DNA of 35,046 nucleotides from Dehalococcoidia bacterium. Lineage in GTDB: Bacteria > Chloroflexota > Dehalococcoidia > DSTF01 > JACRBR01. The position numbers and the translations under genes are program-made. The stretch lies in NCBI GenBank assembly GCA_041494685.1, contig JBGQBE010000033.1, positions 1 through 35,046 of the forward strand. The letters run 5' to 3'. Under the pieces are notes generated by a model, which was not told where the DNA came from, ran no database searches, and saw nothing but the letters and a program-made list of their open reading frames with translations. Of the stretch, positions 20,323-29,588 are shown in pieces (positions within the stretch are counted from its first letter, which is position 1; each line of letters opens with the position of its first letter).

Positions 20323-22215
20323 TCAGGGCGCGCGTAGCGAGACGGTGTACGGCGCCGGCTGGTTCGTGCCCTCGGTGGAGCCGGCGACCACCAGCGTGGC
20401 GCTCTCAACGCCGGCGGAGCTGAAGCGCAGGTCGCCGCGCTGCGCGGCGTCGAGCGGTACGTCCAGTACCGCTACGTCGCCGCCGGCTTTCTTCTCCAGC
20501 ACGCGCACGATGTACGTCTGCGGCAACTCCTGGTCGATGTCCACCCAGCCGCGCGACTGCCATTCGGCGGACGGAACGCTGCCGCCGGCCGACGTGATCG
20601 TCACGTCCGCGATCGCCCAGCCTTCGCCGTGCGTGCCGCCGTCGGTGATGTATTCGAAGCGGAGGAGGATCTTCTTCCCTGCGTATGCCGACAGGTCGAT
20701 GCTCTCGTCCAGCCACGACGGGGCGTCGCCGCCGCCGCTCTTGCCTGTGTAGCCGGCGCCGAGTGCGACCTTCACGGGGTCATCGGTCGTGGTCTGGCGG
20801 CCGGGCAGCGCCTTCCACGTCGCACCGCCGTCCGCGGAAGCGGAGACGTAGCCCCAGTCGTAGTACGGCTCGATGTCGAACCAGGTGCGGAAGGTCAGCA
20901 CCGGCGCGCTGGCGGCGGTGAGGTCCATCTCGCGCGTCAGCGTCGTGTCGATGTCGTCCTGCGCGTTGCCCCAGAGCATCGACGTGGCGCCTGGCGGCGG
21001 CGCGGTAGGCAGCACGGGTACCTGCTGTTGCCCTTCGAAGTGCAGGACGTACTCGCCGGCGCCTCCGAGCCCGGCAAGGTTGTAGTAGTCTGCGCCGAAC
21101 TGATGGGCGCTGCCGCCGGTGGCGTCCGCACCGGCGGAGAGGTCCTTCGGCACGTACATGGTGTGTGGATGGCCGGGATTGGCGTAGGGGCCCGCCTCGC
21201 GGTTCAGGATGTTGGCGGCGATCCAGTCGGCGAAGACGTCGCGGAAGCGGAGCGGCTGGCCGATCGACTGGAGGAACTCGTCGACGCCCTGCTGGCCGTC
21301 GCCCGGCTGGCGCGCGATCGCGCCGAGCGACGAGTCGCCGCCGAAACGGCTCGCCAGGTAGCGGAAGAACGCCGCGCCCGCGCCGTAGTGGGCCTGGCTG
21401 CCGTTTTCCCAGTTGTTCAGCTGCGTCTCCGGATGCGACTCGAACGACTTCACGGACGAGAGCGCGCCGCCCACCAGATCCGATGCGTCCTCGGACAGCC
21501 CTTCGTTCACCCACGACTCTTCGTCCGCGTCGTTCTTCGCGTGGATCAGGTGTTGGAACTCGTGGGCGAGCACGACGTTGAACGACGTGCCGCCGGGGCG
21601 CAGGGTGCGGTCCATGTACACCATTTCGGCCTCGTTGCTGTACGGGCGGACGGCGCGCAGGTACATGTCGTCACCGCTGAAGTAGCCGCCGGCCGCGCCG
21701 CCGAGGTCGGCCTGCAGCACGATGATGCGGGGGTCGCCATCGATGCCGGGGCTCGCCGGCTCACCGAACGCGGCGGTCACGGTGGGCCAAACGGAGGACT
21801 CGAAGAGATCGGCTGACTGCTGCACCGCTGCCGGGTCGGCCGCGAGGGCCGCGTCCTCGTAGAAGTACGCGCGGGTGCTCTTCGCCAGCAGCGTGGCGGT
21901 GATCGTCACGGTCTCGGGCGGCGACTTGCCGCTGAGCGCGCTGGCGGTCAGATGCGTGACGAAGAAGTCGCGCTGCGTACCGATGGCCGGCTCGCCGACG
22001 AAGGGCTTCGTTGTGGCGGCACGGCCAGCAGTCTTGCCGTAGCGCGCCGCGATGTCGATCGGGTCGGTGGGCGGCAGCGTGCCGCGCACGTCGATCTGCG
22101 CGGCCAGCGGCGATGCCGGCGTAGGTGACGCAACGGCGGCCGTGGACGGCGGCGTGGCGGCGGCGTGCCCCTTCGGTCCGCTGCAGGCAGCGAGCACCAT
22201 CGCCACGAGCAGCAA
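20323..22215 (-). CDS. Lipoprotein zinc metallopeptidase (HExxH; immune inhibitor A/M6- or M30-like)
   Basis: Lipobox LAAC; AHEFQHLIH...WVNEGLSE; InhA-like C-terminal domain (WFDIEPYYDWGYV, DLSAYAGKKILLRFEYITDG). Start codon uncertain. Confidence 0.8.
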   Translation of the reverse strand: MLLVAMVLAACSGPKGHAAATPPSTAAVASPTPASPLAAQIDVRGTLPPTDPIDIAARYGKTAGRAATTKPFVGEPAIGTQRDFFVTHLTASALSGKSPPETVTITATLLAKSTRAYFYEDAALAADPAAVQQSADLFESSVWPTVTAAFGEPASPGIDGDPRIIVLQADLGGAAGGYFSGDDMYLRAVRPYSNEAEMVYMDRTLRPGGTSFNVVLAHEFQHLIHAKNDADEESWVNEGLSEDASDLVGGALSSVKSFESHPETQLNNWENGSQAHYGAGAAFFRYLASRFGGDSSLGAIARQPGDGQQGVDEFLQSIGQPLRFRDVFADWIAANILNREAGPYANPGHPHTMYVPKDLSAGADATGGSAHQFGADYYNLAGLGGAGEYVLHFEGQQQVPVLPTAPPPGATSMLWGNAQDDIDTTLTREMDLTAASAPVLTFRTWFDIEPYYDWGYVSASADGGATWKALPGRQTTTDDPVKVALGAGYTGKSGGGDAPSWLDESIDLSAYAGKKILLRFEYITDGGTHGEGWAIADVTITSAGGSVPSAEWQSRGWVDIDQELPQTYIVRVLEKKAGGDVAVLDVPLDAAQRGDLRFSSAGVESATLVVAGSTEGTNQPAPYTVSLRAP

Positions 22216-22218
22216 CAG

Positions 22219-22248
22219 AACGGCCGCCCCTGCGACGGAGCGGCCGTT
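22219..22248. terminator. Hairpin after xerD, possible bidirectional terminator
   Basis: AACGGCCGCCCC/GGAGCGGCCGTT stem with T-rich tails on both strands. Confidence 0.55.
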
Positions 22249-22273
22249 GTTTGCGTTCGGATAGCGGCGCCTG

Positions 22274-23194
22274 TCAGCGCGCGCGCGGGTGGGCCTTCTC
22301 GTACACCTGGCGGACGTGCTCGTTGGCGATCTGGGTGTAGACCTGCGTGGTAGAGATATTGGCATGCCCTAGCAGTTCCTGCACGTTCCGTAGCGGCGCG
22401 CCGCCCCTCAGCATATGAGTGGCAAAGGAGTGCCGCAACGTGTGCGGGGTCACCGACGTCGCGATGTTGGCTTCCTTGGCGTACTGCTTGAGGATGAGCC
22501 AGAAGCCCTGGCGGGTCAGCCGCTCGCCACGGCGGTTTACGAAGAGCGCGTTCTCCTTGCGGTTCTTCACCAGGTGCGCGCGGCCATCGTTCATGTACTG
22601 CTCGACGGCCGCGGCCGCCTGCTCGTGGATCGGGATCGTGCGCTCCTTCGAGCCCTTGCCCATGCAGCGCACGTAGGGCCCCGACATGTTGATGTCGTCC
22701 ATGTCCAGCGACACCAGCTCGGTGACGCGCAGGCCCGTCGCGTAGAGGAGCTCCAGCATCGCGCGGTCGCGCTTTGCCTCGGGAGAGTTGCGCTTCATCG
22801 GCTGCTCCAGCAACTCATCGACCTCAGTGACCGAGAGCGGCTTCGGCAGCGAGCGGCCGACGCGCGGCGACTCCAGGCTCTCGGCCGGGTTGCCGTGGAT
22901 CGCGCCTTCGGCCTGCATGTACTGGAAGAATGACTTGATCGCGGCGACTTTGCGCGCGACCGTCGCCTCGGCGTAGCCCTTGCCATCGCCGGTCTTGCTG
23001 CGCAGGCTCAGCAGGTAGTCGATGATCAGATCCCGCTCGATCGTCTCCCAGTCGCGCAGCTTACCGTTACCACGGAGCGCGGTGAGGTACACGTCGAACT
23101 GGTGCAGATCGTTCTTGTAGGCGGCGACGGTGTTACCGGACGCACCTTTCTCAACCGACATGAAGTTCAGAAAGTGCCCAATGTGTTCGTCCAT
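22274..23194 (-). CDS. xerD: Tyrosine recombinase XerD
   Basis: RDRAMLELLYATGLRVTEL, GKGSKER, LTRQGFW, TPHTLRHSFATH and LLGHANISTTQVY motifs. Confidence 0.92.
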   Translation of the reverse strand: MDEHIGHFLNFMSVEKGASGNTVAAYKNDLHQFDVYLTALRGNGKLRDWETIERDLIIDYLLSLRSKTGDGKGYAEATVARKVAAIKSFFQYMQAEGAIHGNPAESLESPRVGRSLPKPLSVTEVDELLEQPMKRNSPEAKRDRAMLELLYATGLRVTELVSLDMDDINMSGPYVRCMGKGSKERTIPIHEQAAAAVEQYMNDGRAHLVKNRKENALFVNRRGERLTRQGFWLILKQYAKEANIATSVTPHTLRHSFATHMLRGGAPLRNVQELLGHANISTTQVYTQIANEHVRQVYEKAHPRAR

Positions 23195-23251
23195 TGAAGC
23201 CCTCGATGGATTAGGTTGTGTATGCGCCAAGGGGGGAGGAATTGCAGGCCG

Positions 23252-23279
23252 ATTGTAGCACGGCTCGCGCTGTTGTCTA
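23252..23279 (-). promoter_or_regulatory. xerD promoter TAGACA-N16-TACAAT with extended TG
   Basis: Minus strand reads TAGACA...TGCTACAAT about 58 nt upstream of the ATG. Confidence 0.55.
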
Positions 23280-23354
23280 GTGCATTGCAACACTGATTTC
23301 TGCGGAATCCCATATGAGTTTGAAATAGCCGCGGGGCACGCAGATACGAACCGG

Positions 23355-24053
23355 TTATGGCTCGCTCATTCTTATCGAAGCGCTGCTATCTTCCCACGCT
23401 TCTTCACCGATGAGCGGCACGAACGCGCACTGACCTAACCGCGCGAGTTCCACGCCGTGCGGCGTCTTCGTCGCGCGCACGAGTTCTTGCGATCGTAACG
23501 TGCCGACGGGCAGCACGAGGCGTCCGCCATTGGCAAGTTGATCGAGCAGGGAGCGCGGGACGTGCGGCGCGCCGGCCGTAACGATGATCGCGTCGTAGGG
23601 CGCGCGTTCGGGCCAGCCGAGCATTTCGCCCGCATCGAGCACGCCGACGTTTTCGTAGCCGAGGTCGCGCAGCAGCGCACGTGCAGCCTCCGCGAGCACG
23701 CGTACGCGCTCGACCGTGACCACCTCGCGCACGAGACGGGACAGCACGGCCGCCCCGTAGCCCGAGCCAGTGCCGATCTCCAGCGCACGGTCCTCCGCGC
23801 GAAGCCGCGCCGCCTCCAGCATGAGCGCCACCATCATGGGCTGGGAGATCGTCTGATCCGCGGCGATGGGCAGCGCGGAGTCGTCGTAGGCGCGGAGGCG
23901 GAGGTGCGGCGGCACGAAACGCTCCCGCGGCACCGAGGCCATCGCCTCGACGACGCGGGCGTCGCCGATGTGCGCGCGCAGCAGGTGGACCATGCGCGCT
24001 TGCGCAACCGCGATCGCCGCGTCGTCGCGCTCCAGGTCCGACGCGGTGCTCAC
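23355..24053 (-). CDS. pcm: Protein-L-isoaspartate O-methyltransferase
   Basis: VPRERFVP, QTISQP, LEIGTGSGY, APYDAIIVTAGA and FVPLIG; GTGA overlap with the uvrC stop. Confidence 0.95.
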   Translation of the reverse strand: MSTASDLERDDAAIAVAQARMVHLLRAHIGDARVVEAMASVPRERFVPPHLRLRAYDDSALPIAADQTISQPMMVALMLEAARLRAEDRALEIGTGSGYGAAVLSRLVREVVTVERVRVLAEAARALLRDLGYENVGVLDAGEMLGWPERAPYDAIIVTAGAPHVPRSLLDQLANGGRLVLPVGTLRSQELVRATKTPHGVELARLGQCAFVPLIGEEAWEDSSASIRMSEP

Positions 24054-25927
24054 AGCCCTGCCTTCACCTTCTCCGCCAGGGCGGCCGTGAAGCCCACAGT
24101 GGCGGCTATCTCCTCCATGCTGGCTTCGCGGATGCCCCGGACCGAGCCGAACTTCCGCAGCAGCGCCTTCTTCCGCTTCGGCCCGATGCCGGCGATCGTG
24201 TCGAGCGCCGACTGCATGCCGGCCTTGCTGCGCACGCCGCGGTGGTAGGTGATGGCGAAGCGGTGCGCCTCGTCGCGCAGGCGCTGTACGAGGTACAGCG
24301 CCTGCGACTGGCGCGGCAGGATCACGGGCTCCGACACGTCCTGCACGTAGATCTCCTCGTGCTGCTTCGCCAGGCCCACCGTGGGGATGTCCTTCACGCC
24401 CATCTCGCGCATCACGTCCGTGACGGCCGATAGCTGCCCCTTGCCGCCGTCGATGATCACGAGGTCCGGCAGCGCCGCGAACGAGTCGTCGTCGCGTCCG
24501 TCGCCGGCCGCCTCCACGTCGGGCGCGCTGACGCCGGTCTCCCGCAGCAGGCGCTCGCGCGCGCGGCGGAAGCGGCGGCGCAGCACCTCGGCCATCGAGG
24601 CGAAGTCGTTCGCGCCCTGCACCGTCTTGATGCGGAAGCGACGGTACTCCTGCGGGCGCGGGTGGCCGTCGATGAACACGACCATCGACCCGACCGAGGA
24701 CGTGCCCTGGATGTTCGAGATGTCGTAGCACTCGATGCGCTTCGGCAGCTCTGGCAGTTCGAGTTCGTCCTGTAGTTGCTCCAGGGCGGCGCGCGTCTTC
24801 CCCGTGTCCGCCATCCACTTCACGCGCGCCATGTCCAGCGACTCGCGCGCGTTCGTCATGGCCATCTCGACCAGGCGGCGCTTCTCGGCGCGCTGCGGCG
24901 CCAGCAGTTCGACGCGGCCGCCGCGCCGCTCCGTCAGCCAGCTCTCGATGAGCGCGTGATCGGCCAGCTCCATCGGAACGATGACGCGCTTCGGAACGTA
25001 GGTGGCGGACTCGTAGAACTGCTGGATGAAGCTGGCCATGACATCGGCGTCGCTCTCGCCTTTCGCGCCGTCCATGGTGAAGCTGTCAACTCCCACCATC
25101 TTGATGCCGCGGACAAACAGCACCTGCACTACCGCGTCGTCTTCGCCGCGCGCCAGCCCGAAGATGTCCTCGTCCGCCGGCTTCGTGCTGGCGACGGCCT
25201 GCCGCTCAGTGACGCGCTCGACCGCTTGCACCTGGTCGCGGAGGCGCGCCGCGCGCTCGTACTCCATCGCCTCCGAGGCGGAAGCCATCTGGCGTTGCAG
25301 GCCGCGCACGACCTCGTCGGTCCGACCTTCGAGAAAGAGGATCACCTGGCGGATCACCTCGTCGTACTCCTCCTTGGTGCAGTAGGAAGTACACGGGGCG
25401 ATGCAGCGATTGATGAAGTAGTCCAAACAGGGGCGGGCGTCGGTGCCGGTAATGGTCTTGGTGCAGGAGCGCCAGGGGAACAGCTTGTTGACGATGTCGA
25501 GCGTGCGCCGCACGGAGCCGGCGTTGGCATACGGGCCGAAGTAGCGCGCGCCGTCCTTCTCGACACGGCGGGTGATGTAGACGCGCGGCCAGGGGTCGGC
25601 GAGGTCGACCTTCAGGTACGGATAATGCTTGTCGTCCTTGAGACGGATGTTGAAGAACGGCTGGTGACGCTTGACCAGCTCCGCCTCCAGGTGCAGCGCC
25701 TCCTGCTCAGTGCGGGTCAGCACGTACTCGAAATCGGCGATGGACTCGGAGAGCGCGCGTGTCTTCCCCTCCATGCTGGCGGGCGAGCCGAAGTACGAGC
25801 GGACGCGGTTGCGCAGGTTCGCCGCCTTGCCGACGTAGATCACCTGCCCCTCCGCGGCACGCATGAGGTAGACGCCCGGGCCGGTGGGCACGCGCGCAAG
25901 CTGCTCGGCGAATCGAGAAGCGGTCAC
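24050..25927 (-). CDS. uvrC: Excinuclease ABC subunit C
   Basis: GIY-YIG (PGVYLM...YVGKA), Cys cluster, RIECYDIS, DGGKGQ, RDEAHRFA and HhH GIGPKR. Confidence 0.98.
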   Translation of the reverse strand: MTASRFAEQLARVPTGPGVYLMRAAEGQVIYVGKAANLRNRVRSYFGSPASMEGKTRALSESIADFEYVLTRTEQEALHLEAELVKRHQPFFNIRLKDDKHYPYLKVDLADPWPRVYITRRVEKDGARYFGPYANAGSVRRTLDIVNKLFPWRSCTKTITGTDARPCLDYFINRCIAPCTSYCTKEEYDEVIRQVILFLEGRTDEVVRGLQRQMASASEAMEYERAARLRDQVQAVERVTERQAVASTKPADEDIFGLARGEDDAVVQVLFVRGIKMVGVDSFTMDGAKGESDADVMASFIQQFYESATYVPKRVIVPMELADHALIESWLTERRGGRVELLAPQRAEKRRLVEMAMTNARESLDMARVKWMADTGKTRAALEQLQDELELPELPKRIECYDISNIQGTSSVGSMVVFIDGHPRPQEYRRFRIKTVQGANDFASMAEVLRRRFRRARERLLRETGVSAPDVEAAGDGRDDDSFAALPDLVIIDGGKGQLSAVTDVMREMGVKDIPTVGLAKQHEEIYVQDVSEPVILPRQSQALYLVQRLRDEAHRFAITYHRGVRSKAGMQSALDTIAGIGPKRKKALLRKFGSVRGIREASMEEIAATVGFTAALAEKVKAGL

Positions 25928-25935
25928 GTCTCATT

Positions 25936-27141
25936 CTAGCGAGCGGGCGCGAGGTGCAGCTTTCGGCGCAGCCGGCCGGCTCGGTGAGCGAGAGCAATCC
26001 GGTCGGCACCTTCCGCGCGTATCAATAGCGCGCTCGTGACCTCCTCGGCGGCGTGGAGATCACGAGCGTGATGCTCGAAGTGCTTCGCCAGTTCGAGCCC
26101 TGCGTCGCGGTCGCCCTGCGCCCAGAGCTGATGCCACAGGGCGACCGCCTCCTCCCGCTGCCCTGCCCGCTTGCAGAGCGTGGCGTGGCGCGGCGCCGCC
26201 CAGTCCCAGTCGTCGCCCCCGGCGAGCCACGGCAGCGCCGCACGATACAGCGGCATGGCGCGCGGCGGCTCGCCCGCGTGCTCCCACCAGCGCGCGACGG
26301 CGGCCGCATCGTCCGGGTCAAGGTCGTCGCGCGAGAGCAGGCGGGCCAGCGACGCCAGCACGCCGACGAGCGACAGCACGTCCTCCGCGTTATGTCGCAT
26401 CACGCCGCGCAACGGGCTGGCGCGTCCGGCGCGCAGGTAGTCGAAGTAGAGTTGCGGGATCAGCCAGCCCGGCACATCGTCCGCGCGCTCCAGGCCCAGC
26501 AGGCGGCGCTCCACCTCCGCCAGACGGCAGCCGTTGATCCGGTGCCGGTAGAGCCGCCGCACGGGCTGGAGCAGGTCGAAGTGCGCCATGCCGGCATACG
26601 GCGAGCGGAGCCGCGCCAGCGTCAGGCGCGCCTCAACGCAGGGCACGTCGAAGGCGCGGCCGTTGTACGTGACGACGCCCTCGAATCGCGCCAGATCCCC
26701 GGCGAGCATCGCCAGCATGGCGCGCTCCTGCGCGAGGTCCGCCAGGAAGTACTGGCGCACGCGGAAGCCGTCTGGCTCGAACGAGCCGAGCCCCGCCAGC
26801 ACGACGTACGTGCCGGCGCCGCCGGAGAGTCCGGTCGTCTCGATGTCGAAGAACGCGAGCCGCGAGGCGTGTGGGGCGGCCGGTGCGCCGAGCAGCCGCG
26901 CCAGCTCCGTCTCCGGTACGTCGAGTGCGCTGCCGAGCGCCACCGCCCCGTGCGCGTGGTCGAGCGGATGCCACTGGTCGCGCACGAAGACGGGGCCGTG
27001 CGGCGTCTCGTGCCAGTCCCCGCGCAGGATCTCAGCGATGGGCGGCGCCTCGCGCGGGAGCGGCGGCGCCGGAGGTCGCACGAGGGCGTGCTGCGCCACG
27101 GCGTGGCGGAGGCGATCGCGGAGCGCGGTGTCGGTGGCCAT
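25936..27141 (-). CDS. YprB/MrfB-like DEDDh (RNase H-like) exonuclease with helical TPR-like C-terminus
   Basis: FFDIETTG, TYNGRAFD, HFDLL, L.EVE..LLG.ER.DDVPG and HNAED; adjacent to the DUF1998 helicase. Confidence 0.88.
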   Translation of the reverse strand: MATDTALRDRLRHAVAQHALVRPPAPPLPREAPPIAEILRGDWHETPHGPVFVRDQWHPLDHAHGAVALGSALDVPETELARLLGAPAAPHASRLAFFDIETTGLSGGAGTYVVLAGLGSFEPDGFRVRQYFLADLAQERAMLAMLAGDLARFEGVVTYNGRAFDVPCVEARLTLARLRSPYAGMAHFDLLQPVRRLYRHRINGCRLAEVERRLLGLERADDVPGWLIPQLYFDYLRAGRASPLRGVMRHNAEDVLSLVGVLASLARLLSRDDLDPDDAAAVARWWEHAGEPPRAMPLYRAALPWLAGGDDWDWAAPRHATLCKRAGQREEAVALWHQLWAQGDRDAGLELAKHFEHHARDLHAAEEVTSALLIRAEGADRIALAHRAGRLRRKLHLAPAR

Positions 27142-27145
27142 GGCG

Positions 27146-29458
27146 TCAGGCCCGCGCCAGCGGCTCCGCAGCGATGCCGCCGGCTGGCGAGAGTGTGCGA
27201 TCGTGGTCGCAGAGGCGGCGGAGCAGCAGCACGGCGGCGCGCTTGTTGGTGCCATGCTCGCCGATCGACGGGCCGACGCAGCCGGGGCAGCCGCCGCGGC
27301 AGGCGCAACGCTCCACCAGCTCCAGCGCGGCGTGCATCAGGCGGCCGTGGATCTCGAACAGCCGGCGCGCCATGCCGACGCCGCCCGGCTGGTTCTCGTA
27401 CAGGAAGAGCGTGGGGCGCTCCGTGAACGGCGAGCGCACTTGGGCCACGGCCTGGAGGTCGCGCGGGTCGCACATGAGGAAGATGGGCGCCAGGTTGCGC
27501 AGCGTGTGCGCCATGCCCCAGAGGCCGTCCTGCAGTTCGGCGCGGCCCAGGCCTTCGGTGGCCTCCGGCTCCAGCGCCAGCCAGTAGGACGTCGTGTGGC
27601 GGCTCTCCTCCGGGATGTTGATGCGCCCCCAGCCGACGTTCTCGTTCGTGTCCAGCTTGATCTTCTTGAAGATCGTCGCCACGTCGCGGACGGCGACCTC
27701 GCCGTGGTCCACCTCGCAGGCGGGCGCGGGGGCGCGCTCGAACGACTCCAGCACCTCCAGGTCGACGGCCAGGTTCGCATCGGTGTAGTAGTCCACGTCG
27801 ACGCGACGGACGTACGCCTTCTTCTCGTGCCAGTCCAGGCGGTCGACGTGGTACTGCTGGCCGCCGTGCATGTAGATCGCCTCGTCGTGGATGAGCAGCG
27901 GCGCGGCGGGACGGTCCACCTCGCCGATGACGCGGGGCTTCGGCCCCTGCTCGATGACGACGAAGTTGTCGATTGCGGCGCAGCGCAGGCTGACGGACTC
28001 GGCCGGGAACACCTCGGTCATCCAGTGGTAGCGGCCGCCGGCCTTCACGAGGACGCCCTCGTCGGCCAGCATCTCCAGGAGCTCGTGCGAGTCCGGGCCG
28101 TACTCCTCGCGCTCCTCGAACGGCAGCTCGAAGGCGGCGCACTTCATGTGGCTGATGCGCACCAGCAGGTTATCGGGGTCGACCAGGCCGGCTTCCGGCG
28201 ACGTCTCGAACAGGTACTCCGGGTGCGTGGCCACGTACTGGTTCAGCGGCGACGACGACGCCACGACGCAGGCGAAGGCGAGCCCGTGGCGGCGACCGGC
28301 GCGGCCCATCTGCTGCCAGGCGCTGGCAAGCGTACCGGGGTAGCCGGTCAGCACCGCCGCGTCCAGGCCGCCGATATCGACGCCGAGCTCGAGCGCGTTC
28401 GTGGCCACGACGCCACGGATGCGCCCGTCGCGCAGGCCGCGCTCGACGGCACGGCGCTCGTTAGGCAGGTAGCCGCCACGGTAGCCTTCCACCTTCGGCG
28501 GCTCGCCGACGCGCTGCTTCAGCGCCTCGCGCAGATAGCGAAGCAGCAACTCGACGCGCACGCGGGACGGTGCGAAGACGATGGTCTGGACGCCGGCCTG
28601 CAACAGCTTCGCGCCGATGGCGCGCGACGCATTCACGCTGCTCTGGCGGATGCCCAACTCCTGGTTCACGACGGGCGGGTTGTAGACGGCCACGACCTTC
28701 CGCCCGCGCGGCGCGCCGTTGTCGTCGACGAGTGCGACCGGCGAGCGGACGATGTTCTCCGCCAGCTCGCGCGGGTTGGCGATGGTGGCGGAGCAGCAGA
28801 TGAAGACGGGGTCGGAGCCGTAGAAGCGGCAGACGCGCCGGAGGCGGCGGATGACGTTGGCGACGTGACTGCCGAACACGCCGCGGTACTGGTGCAGCTC
28901 ATCGATGACGACGTAGCGCAGGTTCTCGAACAGCTTCACCCACTTGGTGTGGTGGGGCAGGATCGCCGTGTGGAGCATGTCCGGGTTCGTGACGACGACG
29001 TGGCCGGCCTCGCGCACCTTACGGCGGGCGTCGCCGGGGGTGTCGCCGTCATACGTGAACGTGCGGATCTCGGCGTGCAGGTCGCCGATCAGCCCGTGCA
29101 GCTCCTGCATCTGGTCCTGGGCCAGCGCCTTCGTGGGGAACAGGTAGAGGGCGCGCGCCTCGGGATCGTCCAGGATCGTCTGCACGACCGGCAGGTTGTA
29201 GCAGAGCGTCTTGCCGGAGGCCGTGGGGGTGACCACCACGACGCTCTGGCGCTGCATGACGGCCGAGAACGCCTGGGCCTGGTGGGTGTAGAGCTGGTCG
29301 ATGCCCCGCCCCGCCAGCGCGGCCACGAGGCGCGGATCGGCGCTCAGCGGCCAGGCGCCGTGGCGGGCCGGCAGCTCCGGCAGCTCGCGCCATTCGGCAA
29401 AGCCGCCCACCAGGTCGGGGTCGGTGCGCAACGCGTGCAGGGCGTCTTCCAGCGACAT
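27146..29458 (-). CDS. YprA/MrfA (SftH/Hrq1-family) SF2 helicase with DUF1998 Zn domain
   Basis: TPTASGKTLCYNLP, FPTKALAQDQ, DELH, SATIANP, TNALELGVDIG, QQMGRAGR and C-terminal CACRGGCPGC. Confidence 0.93.
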   Translation of the reverse strand: MSLEDALHALRTDPDLVGGFAEWRELPELPARHGAWPLSADPRLVAALAGRGIDQLYTHQAQAFSAVMQRQSVVVVTPTASGKTLCYNLPVVQTILDDPEARALYLFPTKALAQDQMQELHGLIGDLHAEIRTFTYDGDTPGDARRKVREAGHVVVTNPDMLHTAILPHHTKWVKLFENLRYVVIDELHQYRGVFGSHVANVIRRLRRVCRFYGSDPVFICCSATIANPRELAENIVRSPVALVDDNGAPRGRKVVAVYNPPVVNQELGIRQSSVNASRAIGAKLLQAGVQTIVFAPSRVRVELLLRYLREALKQRVGEPPKVEGYRGGYLPNERRAVERGLRDGRIRGVVATNALELGVDIGGLDAAVLTGYPGTLASAWQQMGRAGRRHGLAFACVVASSSPLNQYVATHPEYLFETSPEAGLVDPDNLLVRISHMKCAAFELPFEEREEYGPDSHELLEMLADEGVLVKAGGRYHWMTEVFPAESVSLRCAAIDNFVVIEQGPKPRVIGEVDRPAAPLLIHDEAIYMHGGQQYHVDRLDWHEKKAYVRRVDVDYYTDANLAVDLEVLESFERAPAPACEVDHGEVAVRDVATIFKKIKLDTNENVGWGRINIPEESRHTTSYWLALEPEATEGLGRAELQDGLWGMAHTLRNLAPIFLMCDPRDLQAVAQVRSPFTERPTLFLYENQPGGVGMARRLFEIHGRLMHAALELVERCACRGGCPGCVGPSIGEHGTNKRAAVLLLRRLCDHDRTLSPAGGIAAEPLARA

Positions 29459-29473
29459 CCTTGCCCTCCGTAT

Positions 29474-29487
29474 CGAACAACCGTACG
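29474..29487. promoter_or_regulatory. Putative LexA box (one mismatch) CGAAC-AACC-GTACG
   Basis: GAAC-N4-GTAC in the 5' UTR of the helicase gene. Confidence 0.55.
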
Positions 29488-29494
29488 AAACAGA

Positions 29495-29523
29495 AGTATA
29501 GGATTAGAACGGAGGTTCGTCAA
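29495..29523 (-). promoter_or_regulatory. Sigma70 promoter TTGACG-N17-TATACT for the mrfA-like operon
   Basis: Near-consensus hexamers with optimal 17-nt spacing. Confidence 0.8.
29506..29519. promoter_or_regulatory. LexA (SOS/DinR) box AGAAC-GGAG-GTTCG
   Basis: Perfect GAAC-N4-GTTC in the promoter spacer, touching the -35 of a DNA repair operon. Confidence 0.78.
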
Positions 29524-29588
29524 CGGGCGATCTGCCGAACGCAGAACGTTATGTGGAGTACGCCAGCCGGTTTTGTGTTATCTGGGCG

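Noticed and set aside
22274..23194. Tyrosine recombinase as a prophage or island integrase
   Set aside because: Motifs match housekeeping XerD (LTRQGFW, TPHTLRHSFATH); no att repeats, tRNA or cargo genes nearby
27146..29458. DUF1998 helicase as a DISARM (DrmAB) or other defence system
   Set aside because: Single-chain YprA/MrfA type paired with a YprB exonuclease and SOS boxes; no methylase, PLD nuclease or SNF2 partner
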